DNA from: Microbotryum violaceum
Lineage: Eukaryota
Assembly: GCA_001244265.2 (NCBI GenBank)
Contig: CDLV01000013.1
Location: 1,178,001 to 1,242,000, forward strand
DNA length: 64,000 nt
Direction of reading: 5' to 3'
The position numbers were made by a program, and so were the translations under genes. Within the stretch, counting starts at the first letter, position 1, and each line of letters opens with the position of its first letter. Positions 12,116 to 24,712 of this stretch are shown here, in pieces. A model generated the notes under the pieces. That model was given only the letters and a program-made list of their open reading frames with translations, had not been told where the DNA came from and did not search any database.

Positions 12116-14405
12116 ATGCCTCTGTACAGCGAGCAGAGGCCTATCAGGGTCACCATCGTCGGTGGTGGTATCAGTGGTCAGTCTCGCCGCTCGCACAACT
12201 GAGTTGCTCTGCCGCTCCAAGTCGTGGTGCACCACCGCTGCGGCCGAAGCCTGCCAACATCGCACTCGGCTCCGAGTCCTCGCGGAACGGTTGACTTCGT
12301 GCGAATGGGAGTCTCACACCTGTTTGACCGTTCTCAGGTATCGCTCAAGCGATCCGAATCAAGGAGCGACTTGGCAACAAGGCCAAGATTACAGTGAGTT
12401 TCAGACAGTCGGTGGCAACGAGCCACTTGCGGTTTTCGGAGGCCCCATCGCGCGCTCGGACCACGTCTCGACTTCGATTGACCAACCCTGGGCTTTGCGG
12501 ACGTTTCAGGTGCTCGAAAAAGCCGATTCAGCAGGTGGGATCTGGAGGGATTCCAAATGGCCCGGAGCAGGTGGGTTCCCGAAACCGATCCCGATTTTCA
12601 ACCTCTGGGAGCTGACGGGCTCCGAGATGGTTTTATGCTCATGCATGGCATTGGCTCACAAGGCGTCGACGTCCCTATTCATCTTTACTCGCTTTATTCG
12701 GATCTGAAACATGATTGGACAAAGTTGTATGCGGAACAACCCGAGGTGTTGGCTTATTGGTTGGGTTTGATTGAGAAGCATGGTCAGTCGTCACCCAGCG
12801 CCGCGCCGGTAAAATCGGGATAGAGCTGAGCCTTCCCTGCTCTTCCTCTCAGGCCTCGACGACACCTTCTCCTACAACTCCGAATTCGTTGGCTCAACTT
12901 GGTCCCACTCCTCTCAATCACACACCCTCGAAGTACGCGATACTCAATTAGAACAAATTTGGTCCTTCGAAACCGATGTTTTGATTGGTGCCAATGGACC
13001 CCTTTCCACACCTTTGATCCCCAAGATCCCGGGTTTGGACAAGTTCAAGGGTCACTATTTCCATAATTTGAGGTGGGATGAGGGGTACAGCTTTGAGGGG
13101 AAGAAGATTGCTGTGGTGGGGAGTGGGAGTTCGGCAATCCAGTTCATTGTAAGTCGTCTCAAGGAGGCCATGCTTCGGACCGATTCGTCTAATCATCTCA
13201 TCTGTCGTGTGCAACAGCCCGGTCTCGCGGCCCTCCCCGGTGTTCACCTCACACAATTCATTCGATCGGGAGGTTACTTCGTTCCCAAGATCAATACGCC
13301 GTATTCACACCTCGTACAACTCGCCTTCCGCTGGATTCCCGGCTTCCAACGTCTCTACCGCTTCAACCTCTTCCTCGAATCCAACGACCGTTGGCGCGCC
13401 CGTAACGAAGAAGCCGTTCGTCCTACCCCGACCGAAACGTCCTTGATCAAGTACCTGGCCGATACCGCGCCAGCGAAATATTTCGAAGCGCTCAAACCTG
13501 ATTATCCTTTTGGGTGCAAACGACCAGCGTTCGATCATGGTTGGTTGAAAAGTTTGCATAGGGAGAATGTCGATTTGGTCAATTCGCACATCGTCGAGTT
13601 CGATGAGCGGGGCATCAAGACTCAGGATGAAAGATATTTCGAGGCGGATGTGGTCATTTTCGCGACGGGGAGTAATGTCGCTGAACATGGGGTTGGGATC
13701 AACCTCGGTGTCAAAGGAGAGGAAGGGAAGACTCTGAACGAGCATTGGAAGGAGATTGGTGGACCTCAGGCTTATCTGGGAGTTGCCGTGCCTGGCGTCA
13801 GTTTCTGAAACAGACCTTTCATTCGTTTCGCGCAGTCGATTGATTTGTCCACCCGCTTTTCTTCCCAGTACCCCAATCTCTTCAACGTCATCGGACCCAA
13901 TGCCATCGCCGGATCATGGGGTTACACCATCGGCACCATGACCAAATTCATTTCCCGCCTCGTATCCTCCCTCGTCGAAAACGACCTCACTTCTTTACAA
14001 CCCACCATAACCGCCTTTCGAGCGCACAACCTCGAGATGAGGTCCAAATTGGCAACTTCGACGATGAACTCGCAGTTGTGTTCGAATTGGTGGAGGGTCG
14101 GCGGCAAGGGATTGATCACCGTACCAAATTGGCAAACGGGCTTTGGGCTTGCGGCGTCGGTTCGTAAGATCAAATGGGACGATTGGGTCGCCTTTGAAAG
14201 GATCTCTCCCGTCGAAGCTGTCGATGTCAAGCAAGCTGTTGGGGAAGTTCGACCAGTCGACGTCAAGAAGCGCTTTTGGTTCAAGACTGCTCGCAAGAGC
14301 GTCGAGCTAGGCGTTATCCTGACGGCTGTGGTCGCGGTGGTGAGGTCTCAGGGGGTGGTGGACAAATTGTTCGATGCTGCTCGCGCTTTGTTTGTTCGAG
14401 CTTAG
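12116..14405 (+). CDS. Type I Baeyer-Villiger / flavin-containing monooxygenase
   Basis: First Rossmann motif VTIVGGGISG, GGIWRDSKWPG, BVMO fingerprint FKGHYFHNLRW (FxGxxxHxxxW), second Rossmann motif VVGSGSSAIQ, DVVIFATG, AYLGVAVPG...YPNLF..IGPN. Confidence 0.9.
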
Positions 14406-14683
14406 GTGCTTAATTGCTCTCACCGTGGCTGGGTTTGTAGTGTTTGATGCATCGTCGGATTGCCCTGACAGAGTTCGGCATGTGTAGATGTTATTCGTGA
14501 GAGATCGTGAGGAGATGGATTACAAAAGCTACGCGCTTTGGAACAAAACCGAAAAGCGGGGCTGAAAACAAGGTACGGATGTGGTCGGAACAGAACAAAC
14601 CAGAGTTAAAACAGCAGTGATTCCAGAGAGAGAAAAGTGCCCTAAGGTGAGTCCGTTATTGCAGCGGTGTCGATCCGCGGCGA

Positions 14684-17600
14684 TCAGTTGTGCGAGGTCA
14701 ACGACCACGAATTGATCGCGACGTTCGGAGGGTTGACGTAATCGGACGCTTTCAGGTGAGGCCATTGAGGGCTGTGAGATGCGAAGACAACTCAGTCTCC
14801 AGGTGTCCGAAGCGCCTGCTCATTAATCGGGCTTCCCCTAACTCACTTGAACAGCACCTCAATGTCGTACGTCCCAGCGTCGAGAGCGACCGTCAACACC
14901 GTCACTCCTGGGATCGGCCCGTCCGGAGTGTCCGCGGTCTTCGACGTCAATGAAGGAGAATTCTGGCCAGTCAAGCGAACGGCTTCGACAATCGTGAATT
15001 TGCCGTTCGCAGGCTGGCGTAGGGTCGCGATCATGGTTTGCCCACCCATAGCGAGCGTCGCCGTCGTGCCGCTCGAAGAGATCGTGACTGTCGCGTTAGT
15101 GTGCATTCGCCACAAGATCGAGCCCGTCGAGGTGATCTCGTCACGAAGCAAGATCTGCTGTCGCTTGTTCAGGAAGCGGATCGCGCGCGCCGATCTGTTT
15201 TTGGGAGCAGGGGTCTATTAGTCGAAGCTCGAGAAGTAACACATGACAAGATGAGAGACTCACGTTGTGCCCGCGTAGTACGTCGAAGTGTCGATCTTCA
15301 TGTACGCCGTCGAGCCGCTCGGGACGGCGTAGTTGAGAGAGGTCTGTGCCTCCTTGGTCGTGCCGAAAGCCACGGAAGGCGTGGCGTTGACGAACTGGTT
15401 GGCCTCGTCGATCAAGATGACGTTCTGTCCTTGCGAACCTTTCTGGTAGTACGTCCATCGAAGCGAGTCTTGCGCCTCCGACGAGAACTGCAAATGGAAA
15501 GACGAGTCAGCTGATCAGACCTTGGACAGAGACTTCCTTCCCTGACCTCTAACGACTTACATAGCCATCGGCCAGGTATTGACCGTTACCGTTCTCTCCC
15601 GCCCATCGTTGGCCGAGAGCATCGATGACAAAGTCACCTCCGTCGAGATCACGATGCGTCTGGCCACCCGTGACGATACCTGCCTTCATCGCGATGTACG
15701 TTCCATCGTTGTTGGTCCACGAAGAGCGCATCGAAGCGAAGGCGGTTGACGAGTTGGAAAAGTAAGCGTCGAGGGCGAGGTTTTCCCAGAATTGGCCGGC
15801 GACACGAGGGTCGTAGTAGAGCATCGACATAGGCTCGGGGGCGTCGGCTCGATCACGCTGGAACAAGGTGTAGGCCGGCGTCTTGTATTGGGCACCGTAG
15901 AGCATCATGCCGTTGGCAGTCGCAACAAATTTCCTCGGCCCGCAGTCTCCGTAATTGAAGAGACCAGCCATGCCGGTGACATACATGTGGTACTTGCCTG
16001 ACAAGGCCATACCGGGATTGTTGGTCAGAAGACCTTGGTCTGAGCCGGTCGCGGAGATGAGCGAAGCCGCGGACTGGGCGTGGCCCGTCGTACCAAAGTA
16101 CCACTGAACCGAAGAAGCGGCAGTCAAATCGTCAGCCACGTGTCTGATTCGCCTTATCCGATCACACAAGAGATGCACTTACGTAGTTGGCGGTCTCTTG
16201 CCAGACACCACCATCGCTCGTAGGGGCGAACGCGCACACCGATGCCGAATTGGGGACGGCATAGCCGAGAATCTTGGCAGCAGTGCCGGTCGGGTCCTCG
16301 TTCGCGATGGCCAAAGCACCCATGATGAGACCGTTGTTGCAAACGCAGTTCCAGTTGCCCTCGATCGACGACTTGGACCACCAACCGTAGCCAGCAGCGT
16401 TCTCGTAGACTTCAATACCCTTGTCCAGGCCGAGGGTGAGAATGGACCACATGATCGCGGTGCGCTGGGCGGGGGTCCATGCGTCGTACATCCAATCGTA
16501 AGCGATGGCGAAGGCGGTAGTGAATTCTCCGACGTCGAGGAAGTGCTGGGTGTTCCAGTTATCACCGGTGACACCAAAGGGTTGCGAGGTGTTGCCGGCG
16601 GCGACCTGCAGTTCCTGCCAAGCGCGGTCGACCCATTTGGTGTCCTCGGTCATGCGGTAAGCGTAACCCCAGTGCTTGATGCGCAGTTGAACCTCACGAG
16701 CGACATCAAGCACACCGGAACCTGGCGCGAGGAGAGCAAGAGCGCTAGTAAGCATCTGCGTGAGACGCAAGCAAGCCTCTGAGGGTGACTCACCGGCGTA
16801 GCCTCCATCGATGACGTATTCGGTTGGGTCCATCGCAGCGTAGAGCGACGCGTTGGCGAGAATGGTCGAGTGCCAGAAGCTCAGGTAAGGGTCTTGAGAA
16901 GTCATCTTGGAGATGCAGTCCCATTTGTACTGGGGCGCGATCAGCAAAGGATGCTCCTTGCGGACGGCCATCGAAGACGGGTTGGAGAAGGTGTACGGGT
17001 CCGATTCGCAAGTGAGGGCGGTGTTGTTGGTCAAAGTCGTCGGCTGGGCGATAATGGCCGAACCGGTCGAGGACGGGTACACGGGGTTACCATAAGAGTC
17101 GGTAGCCTGTGTAGACACGAGAGAGATCGATGTGATTCAATAATCAACGCAGCGACAAGATAGCTAGCCCCTTCGAGTTCAACACTGACCACGGGGAAGA
17201 GTGCATTTCTAGGGTCCGTGGTGCCCGTCGCCGTAGAGGTGCTCTGCCCATTTTTTAAAGGGCCTGAGTTCGCGCCAGTGTTTGTACCAGTTGTTGAGTC
17301 GCCGTTGGCTTGTGCACTATCGTTCTTGGCATCGGTATTATTTGACGCGCGGGATCCGAAAACTCCTCCCAAGACTGCAACTGCAATGACCATCACTGCG
17401 ACGATCAACGCCACAATGATCCACTTCTTCTTCTTGGATGGCGGCTGGAAAGAAAAAGACGCGCAGCGACTCAGCAAGGCATTGGTTTGACAAGTTCGAA
17501 AGACGAGACCTCGGAAGGCGCCCCCGTCTGGTCGCGGCCTCGCGCCGTTCGCCACACGCGACGCGCGCGCTGAGGATCCTGAAAGCGATGCCCGAGCGCT

Positions 17601-18209
17601 CCAAAAGCCCAGCCAGGTGCACGGAACCTGAGGGAGTCTGGGAACCAAACAATTCACACCAAAGGACGCCTTCTCATCACAAGGTGACCTTCCAGTGATC
17701 GGTCTGACGAGTTCGGGTAGCAGTGGCATGGCTCCAGTCCGAATTTGTTCGCGCGTTCGTTGGTGGTGGTGGGTGTGTACGTGTGCCCTCTCCGTCCGGC
17801 CAGTCGTTCGAGCACTGCTCGCCCGATTCAATGACCCACGCACCCACGCACCTGTTGACGCGTGTACTCCTCATCGTTGTAGCCCGAGCCGTACTTGGGC
17901 TCGTAGTTGGCTGGTTGACTAGGGCAATGAAACGATCGTCACAACTTGGTCAGCTTGGATGTTGTGGAGGGTCCTGGATCGAAGCGTGAAAGACCCGGTT
18001 CGACGTCGCACGATGGCTGGGGCGTGGCAGCGGCGCGCTGTGGTTCGTCGTCGCGTTGAACGAGAGCACGAGCGCGAGCACCAGCGCATCGAACGGAAAC
18101 ACGATCGCCGGGCGACACGACGAGAGAGGCCCAAACGATTGGAGCACACTGACTAGTTGACGTTCGCCAAAGGTCGTGCAGCACTGTCGGGGCTGCTGGG
18201 GCGATACAT
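14684..18209 (-). CDS. Heparinase II/III-like polysaccharide lyase-family protein, type II membrane anchor (paralog 1)
   Basis: Spliced start MYRPSSPDSAARP (ATG at 18209). TM segment KKKKWIIVALIVAVMVIAVAVLGGVFGS. Motifs HPLLIAP, HFLDVGEF, GNWNCVCNNG, W.ET.NYWYFG, QTHRDLDGGDFVIDALGQRWAGE. Ends WSLTSHN* at 14684. Confidence 0.82.
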
Positions 18210-18745
18210 AATGTGTCGATGCAAAAGAATGTGTGGGCACTGGAAAGCGATGGAAAGCGATGCGGAGACGACGCGATGACGAGACGAACGTCAGGCGATT
18301 CCGGCTTTTGCTGACGCGGAGGCCGCGCGCTACCTCGCGTTATCTCTAGTCCCTACTGTTAGCCGTGGCTCGCACTGGCTCGCACGCATTCCTCCCCTCA
18401 GGCTGCAGGTTCCGAGTCTCGCACAGGACCTTCCCCAGCGATCACGGACGCACCCGCATCAGTCTCTGCCAGACTGCGTGGACGACTGCCCTCTGTGTAC
18501 GCTGCTTCTTCAACTCTCCTTGTTGGATGGTTGACTAACTGCTCATACCCCGGTATGCAGCCCCCGCGCTACGCCTGCCAAGCGTAGCCTTGCCTCTTGC
18601 CATTGAGTAACGCGTCTCGCTCCTACTAGAGCTAAGGTACATCGCCATTCCTCACCCGGGCTCTGCCCCAGGGTAGTCCTACTCACAGCTGTCCTTGTTG
18701 GGCATGCTGACTTACTTGGCTACCTCGCTACGCAGACAATCCTCA

Positions 18746-19366
18746 TCACCCAACGTGCCAGCGTTCCGGGTTGATTATCTCTGTTCGTACGCGACGCGCT
18801 TTCCAAGCAAAGGTATGCCAAGTCTTCCCAGTCATTTGCAGTAATCCTAGATACTGATAGGAACCGCGCTTTCCAAGCAAAGCCGTTCCATTTTCTGGGC
18901 TCCTCCCACCCACCCAAAACAAACAAAAAATGACTTCCTTGTTGGTTTTCCTTTCTATATTCTTTTTTTCTTTTCTCTTCTTCGACCTGTGGCTCTGTCC
19001 TAGTAGCACATCACCCCATGCCGTTTGTTACAGGATGCCGGGGTTTGACGCTGAGGACTTTAGCGCGCACGACTTCAACACCCCCAGCCGTAAGCCGTGC
19101 CCGCACGCCTGCCTCCCGCCGTAAGCCGTGCTCGCACGCCTGCCTCGAGCATAAGCCTTGGCCCGTAAGCCGCACCCGCGCAGGAGTTTCCCCAAGCACG
19201 CTCCCGCTACCTTGCGCTACAGACTACACTTGCCACCCAACGTGCCAGCGTTCAGGGTCGGTTTCCTTCTTTCAAGTGTGTCACGCTTTCCAAGCAAAGG
19301 TATGCCAAGCCTCCCAGTCTTTGCAGTATTTCTGAGTACTAATAGGATCCACGCTTTCCAAGCAAA
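18746..19366. repeat. Diverged ~135-bp direct repeat pair (about 18746-18882 and 19234-19366) enclosing short tandem units
   Basis: Both copies read CACCCAACGTGCCAGCGTTC...CGCTTTCCAAGCAAAGGTATGCCAAG...TTTGCAGTA...CGCTTTCCAAGCAAAG. CCGTAAGCCGTGC(C/T)CGCACGCCTGCCTC occurs twice, plus a partial third, at ~19088-19180. Confidence 0.8.
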
Positions 19367-19380
19367 GTGTCCTATTTTTT

Positions 19381-19685
19381 GGCCGATTCGACTACAAAGA
19401 TCGAATTGTAGGTGACTCCGGGTAGAAGGAAAGCGGAGCCCGGGGAGACCCAGCGCTTCGTAACTTCTTCGTCAATGGTTGCTTGAATGAAGTCGCGGTG
19501 GTGCTCGCTTTTTTGATGCTCGCGGCGACGATCCCTCCACCGTACGGTTCCCAAAAAGCGAGCACCACCGCGACTTCATTCAAGCAACCATTGACGAAGA
19601 AGTTACGAAGCGCTGGGTCTCCTAGGGCTCCGCTTTCCCTCTACCCGGAGTCACCTATAATTCGATCTTTGTAGTCGAATCGGCC
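19381..19685. repeat. Long inverted repeat (arms ~133 bp, ~38-bp spacer)
   Basis: 19381-19513 is the reverse complement of 19552-19685 (GGCCGATTCGACTACAAAGATCGAATT... / ...AATTCGATCTTTGTAGTCGAATCGGCC) with about 4 mismatches. Confidence 0.95.
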
Positions 19686-19915
19686 AACCATAGGATGCGT
19701 GTGGTGGCAGACCACACCTCCTCCGGCCTCAACGATGGGATCCAACGATTTGGTTGTCCAACGGTGTACGATACTATCATCGATTTCATTCGCCTGCTTC
19801 GTTGGCATCGTTTCTCCTCAAAGCTCCTTACGGGCAACTCGGTCCTGTGGAAGCTCGACGTCTCTTCGGCGTTCAAAATTTTGATCATGTCCAAGCCTTG
19901 GCAGGCGCGACTCGA
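19552..19915 (+). pseudogene. Truncated reverse-transcriptase fragment of a DIRS/Ngaro (tyrosine-recombinase) retrotransposon
   Basis: Frame FIQATIDEEVTKRWVS*GSAFPLPGVTYNSIFVVESANHRMRVVADHTSSGLNDGI...LWKLDVSSAFKILIMSKPWQ resembles the N-terminal RT motifs of fungal DIRS-type elements. It has an in-frame stop and ends before the YxDD motif. Confidence 0.7.
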
Positions 19916-20474
19916 CTTATACCCCGCTACCTAACCGCGCTTCTACCAAAGAGTCGAACATGCAACTTGACTGGCTTCAAGCTAACTTGGCTCCGCTCGC
20001 GCGCTCTGGGGAACTAGTGTGGCGAGCTCTTGATTCGACGCCGTCCGTACTATTGGCAAGTTCCTCCCATTGTCCGATCCGACGTCTGTCAAGGCTTGAC
20101 CCTAAATCTCAGACGTCCAGGCTGTCGATTGGGGGGATTCAGGAGCATCTCATACCGCACGTCTTAACTTGCTTTACAATGCTGCATAATTTCGTAGGAT
20201 CGGCAATTCGCATCCGCCGCTGCGCCACGCCCCAGTGCAAAAAGTAGTGCACTATTCAGACACACTGTTACAAGTAGCCGCTCACTAAGGCGGGAAAAAG
20301 AGCCTATTGCAATTCGTTTATAGTGTATTGTGAGAGGAGAACAGAAGGAAGTGTCCATGCAGATGCAGAAACGAAGGAAAACTTAGCCGGCACCACGTAG
20401 TGCGATCCGCGGAGTCGTCGTCGTCGGGCGATGCGAGTGCGAAAAGCTTTTCCAGACAGAGAGCGACGCAGCGA

Positions 20475-23400
20475 TCAGTTGTGAGACGTTAGCGTCCATT
20501 TGTCGATCGTCACATCGGGAGGGTCGACGTAGTCCGATGGTTTCAAGGTCGACCATTGAGGGCTGCAGAGCAGGCGGAGAATTCGGGCTCGGGGGTCAGC
20601 ATTCGCGCGAAAGATGTTCTCGGTCACGTGATCGACATGTGGAAACTCACTTGAACAAGACTTCGATCGTACGCGTTCCTGCACTCAGAGACACCGTCAA
20701 CACCGTCACTCCTGGGATCGGCCCATTGGGAGTATCCACGTTGCCCGACGCCAGTGAAGGAGAATCCTCGCCCGATAATCGTACCGCCTCGACGGTCGTG
20801 AACTTCCCATCCGAAGGTTGACGCAAGTTTGCAATCATCGTTTGTCCACCGAGAGTCAGATTTGCTGTTGTTCCGTTCGAGGCGATCGAGACGGTTGCGT
20901 TCGTGTGCATGCGCCACAGGATCGCTCCCGTCGTCGTGATCTCGTCTCGGAGCAAGATCTGCTGTCGCTTGTTCAAAAAGCGGATCGCTCGTTTCGCCGA
21001 TCTGACAACAACGTACGGGACAGAGAGATCAGTAGACGTGATATTTTTCTGTCACTTCAACACTCTGCTGGTGAGCTCACCTCGTGTCATTGTAAGCCGC
21101 CGTCATATCCACGGTCATGTATGCCGTCGAAGAGCTCGGCACCGCGTAATTCAGCGCGGTCTGAGCCTCGCTCGTTGTGTCGAATACCAAAGCTGGCGCG
21201 GCAAGCACATTCTGGTTGGCCTCGTTAATCATGATGGTGTTCTGGCCCTGTGTTCCCTTCTGGTAGTAGGTCCATCGTGCGCCATCCTGCGCTTCGGTGG
21301 TGAACTGGTGAAGCAACAAAAAAATTGACATCAGCTGGTGCAAAACGAAGATGTCTTGTCCGCGTATTGTTCTGAATAACGCACGTAGCCGTTCGCAAGG
21401 TACTGTCCGTTGCCGTTCTCTCCGGCCCAGCGTTGTCCCAGAGCGTCCATAACAAAGTCGCCTACAGGAATGAAACCCCAGTCGATCATGAAAGTCAGTA
21501 CATGCGCGCGGAGAGCATACAAAGGGCCGAGGAGGGAAGGAACTGACCAATATCGAGATCACCATGCGTTTGATGACCGGTCAAGTTGCCAGCCTTCATC
21601 GCAACATACGTTCCATTGTTGTCGGTCCAACTGGATCGCATCGAGGCCCAGTCGTCGGTCGCGTTGGAGAAGTGGTGGTCGAGAGCCAAATTGTCCCACC
21701 ACGATCCCGTGGTTTGAGGGTTGTACCAGAACATGGCCATCGGTTCCGGGGCATCTCCTCGGTCCCGTTGGAAGAGGGCATACGTAGGAATGTCTACATG
21801 AAAGGAGATGTATTCGAGAGCACGAAGTTTGTCAATGTCAGTCACGCTCTGATTTCACACCGCGATCGAGTGATTCGCCTCAGGAATCGCCCCTCACCGA
21901 ATTGATCACCGTAGAACAAAAGACCGTTCGCGGTGGCCGTGAACTTCCTCGGTCCAGTATCACCATAGTCGAACAGACCTTGCTGGCCCGTCACGTACAT
22001 GTGGTACAGCGAACTCAAGTTTTGCGATGGGTTCGAGGTCAAGAGCCCCTTTGTTGAGCCTGTCGCGGACAGGAGAGAACTCGCGGCTTCGGCATGCGCC
22101 ATCGTGCCGAAGTACCAGTAGTTGGGGGTTTCGGTCCATGTCCCGTCTGTTCAATACATGTGTCCCTCAGTTTTTTTGCCGGTGCCAAAGCGGACTTTAC
22201 CGTAGCGAGTTCGAATATTGACTCACCAGCCTGCACGGCCATCGCGCAAACCTCGGCGCTGTTAGCGGTAGCATACGCGAGGACCTTGGCGGCAATACCA
22301 GTTGTGTCCTCGTTAGCGATCGCCAAAGCACCCATGATGAGACCGTTCGTGCAAACGCAGTCCCAATTGCCCGGTTGCAGTCGCCACCAAGAATAGCCCT
22401 CCGCCGCGCCATCGGGGTCCTGGTAAACCTTCAGACCGTATGAAAGACCCAGGTTCGTGATGGACCATCGGATCGCCGTTCGTTGTTCCTTGGTCCAGGC
22501 ATCGTAGAGCCAATCATAGGCGATGGCGAACGCAGCCGTGAATTCGGCCACGTCGAGGAAATGGACCGAGTTCCAGTTGTCACCCGTGATACCAAAGTAT
22601 TGGCCCGTGGTCGAATTACCTGCTGCGGTCAAGACTTCGGTCCATGTTCGGTTGACCCATTTGGTGTCGTTCGTCATGCGGTAAGCGTAGGCCCAATGTT
22701 TGATGCGCAGCTGCACCTCGCGGGCGACGTCGAGCACACCCGATCCTGTCACAGAAGAAAGCGGCAAACTTGATTAGCTCTCGCACACCTGATGTAAACC
22801 TTAAATTTGCCCCAACAATCACGGCCATCCACTATCAAGCTTACCTCCAAGGCCACCATCGATCGTGTAGTTCGTCGGCGAAAGGTCATAAAACTTGGTC
22901 GCATTTTGGAAGATGGTGTCGTTCCAGAAGCTGAGGTAGTAATTGTTCGGGATCGCGTTACGAACGCAGTCCCACTTGTAGGCCGGAGCAATCAACAGAG
23001 GATGCTCTTTGCGAACAGCCAAGGACGAGGTGTTGGCGAATGTATAGGGGTCGGCCTGGCAAAATACTTTCGAGTCGTTGATGGTCGTCGGCGCCGAGAT
23101 AACAGCTGATCCGGTGGCGGTCGGGTACAGAGGGTTGCCGAGAACGTCGGTCGACTATGACAGCCCATTCACCATGGTCAGCTTGCTGTTCTCTCGCCTA
23201 CACGAAAACAGCGACGCAGCGCAGCTGCCGTGGGACTCGTGCCATCCGAGCCCCACAGAGATGAAACTCTTGCCAATCGACGATCACTCACAGTCGGAAG
23301 AAGCAGACCGTGATTGACTCCGCCACTTGCCGTGTTGACCAGTGAAGGACTCGATCCTCCAACAGAAGATCCACTACCACCAGACGATGGAGCTGAGTCT

Positions 23401-23963
23401 GAGTATGAGCTGTTGTTGTGCGATTTGCGCGAGCCCACGACACCGCCAACAACTCCGCCGACGATGGCGAGGATCAAGATGATGACGCTAATGATGATGC
23501 ACAGCTTCTTCCTCGATTTCTGTCACACACAAAAGATTGAAGTAAAATATGTCAGAGGCGCGCAAAACCCACGATGCATTACGGGCCGAGAGCGAATTCT
23601 GCGCTAACGAGGCCTTTCGCAGTGTTTCGACGGCGCTGCCGTTGTTTGGCCCACTCACTTTCTGTGTAGGCTTCTCCGTATAGCCCGATCCATATCGATG
23701 CTCGGTCTGGTCGTAATAAGGAACGCCCTGGTAATCCCTCCCTCTGTGAAAAACAATGAACATTGGCGGCCAACGCCATTCCGTCTGTCAGCACCCGTCT
23801 TTGAACTGGATGATGACCGAAGCAACGCGAGGCGCTCGGTCGAGAATGGTTCGCGCCTTCGACACCCCGCCCGGGGTCCGATCACTGCCTTCGAGGCTTC
23901 GAGTCTGTCCACTCACTGATGCAGAGGCAAGCGATCGCCTTCTGACGCGTTCGAGTGCTGCAT
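20475..23963 (-). CDS. Heparinase II/III-like protein, type II membrane anchor (paralog 2)
   Basis: Spliced start MQHSNASEGDRLPLH (ATG at 23963). TM segment ...ILAIVGGVVGGVVGS. Motifs AVRKEHPLLIAP, GVLDVAREVQLRIKHW, HFLDVAEF, THGDLDIG. Ends WTLTSHN*. Colinear with paralog 1. Confidence 0.82.
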
Positions 23964-24712
23964 GGCTATCTTGCTCAACGGCAGCAGACGTAAGTGAGCG
24001 GGAGCCAGAAAAACACCCACGAAACGAACCGTCGTTCGTGGCGTGAGCACTGAGGTGGCGTGCGACCCTTCAGCTAATCCCAAGCAGTCCGCTTACCGCG
24101 TAGGACCGATTTAGCAAGGTTGCTGCGGGCACCGCATTTTTTGTTGTTCCGTGCGGCCGGGTCGCGCCGGCATGAACCACCTAATTTTGGCCTTATTTTC
24201 GGCACACGCTGTTGCCGGCGATTGTGCGCCATAAATATTCATTCGCTTCCGAACGAATCCGGTCAAGCTTCTGTGGAGCCTGTTCGGGGCGGTCAAGCGT
24301 GTCGCGACGCGGTGACTTCGAGTTGAAAGAACACAGCACGCGCCTTGAATGACATCATAGCTCCTAGAGGGGAGCAGAGGCAGCCCTGTAGGTGCCGTCC
24401 ATACATAGAGCACACAATGCTTGCATGTATCGGATACGTGTCAACCTTCCCATGCAGGAGAGGCTGTACGATCCATCTAATAGGTATCGCAGCTCTCCGT
24501 CCGCGGCACCAAAGTGTGTCGGCCCATCGACGGCAAGAGAGAGAGCGTTCTTCGCAATACAGTACAACAGCATTCGGTAGAGCGAAAGAAAATAAGTCTA
24601 AAAGGTGTGTTGCTAGAATCTAAAGATCTAATCACCGAGCTAGCCCAATGCGGCATGAGTCTCAACGTGGGCGGGTGTTCGTGGAGCAGAGGGTTTGCAC
24701 AGAGGTGGGATG

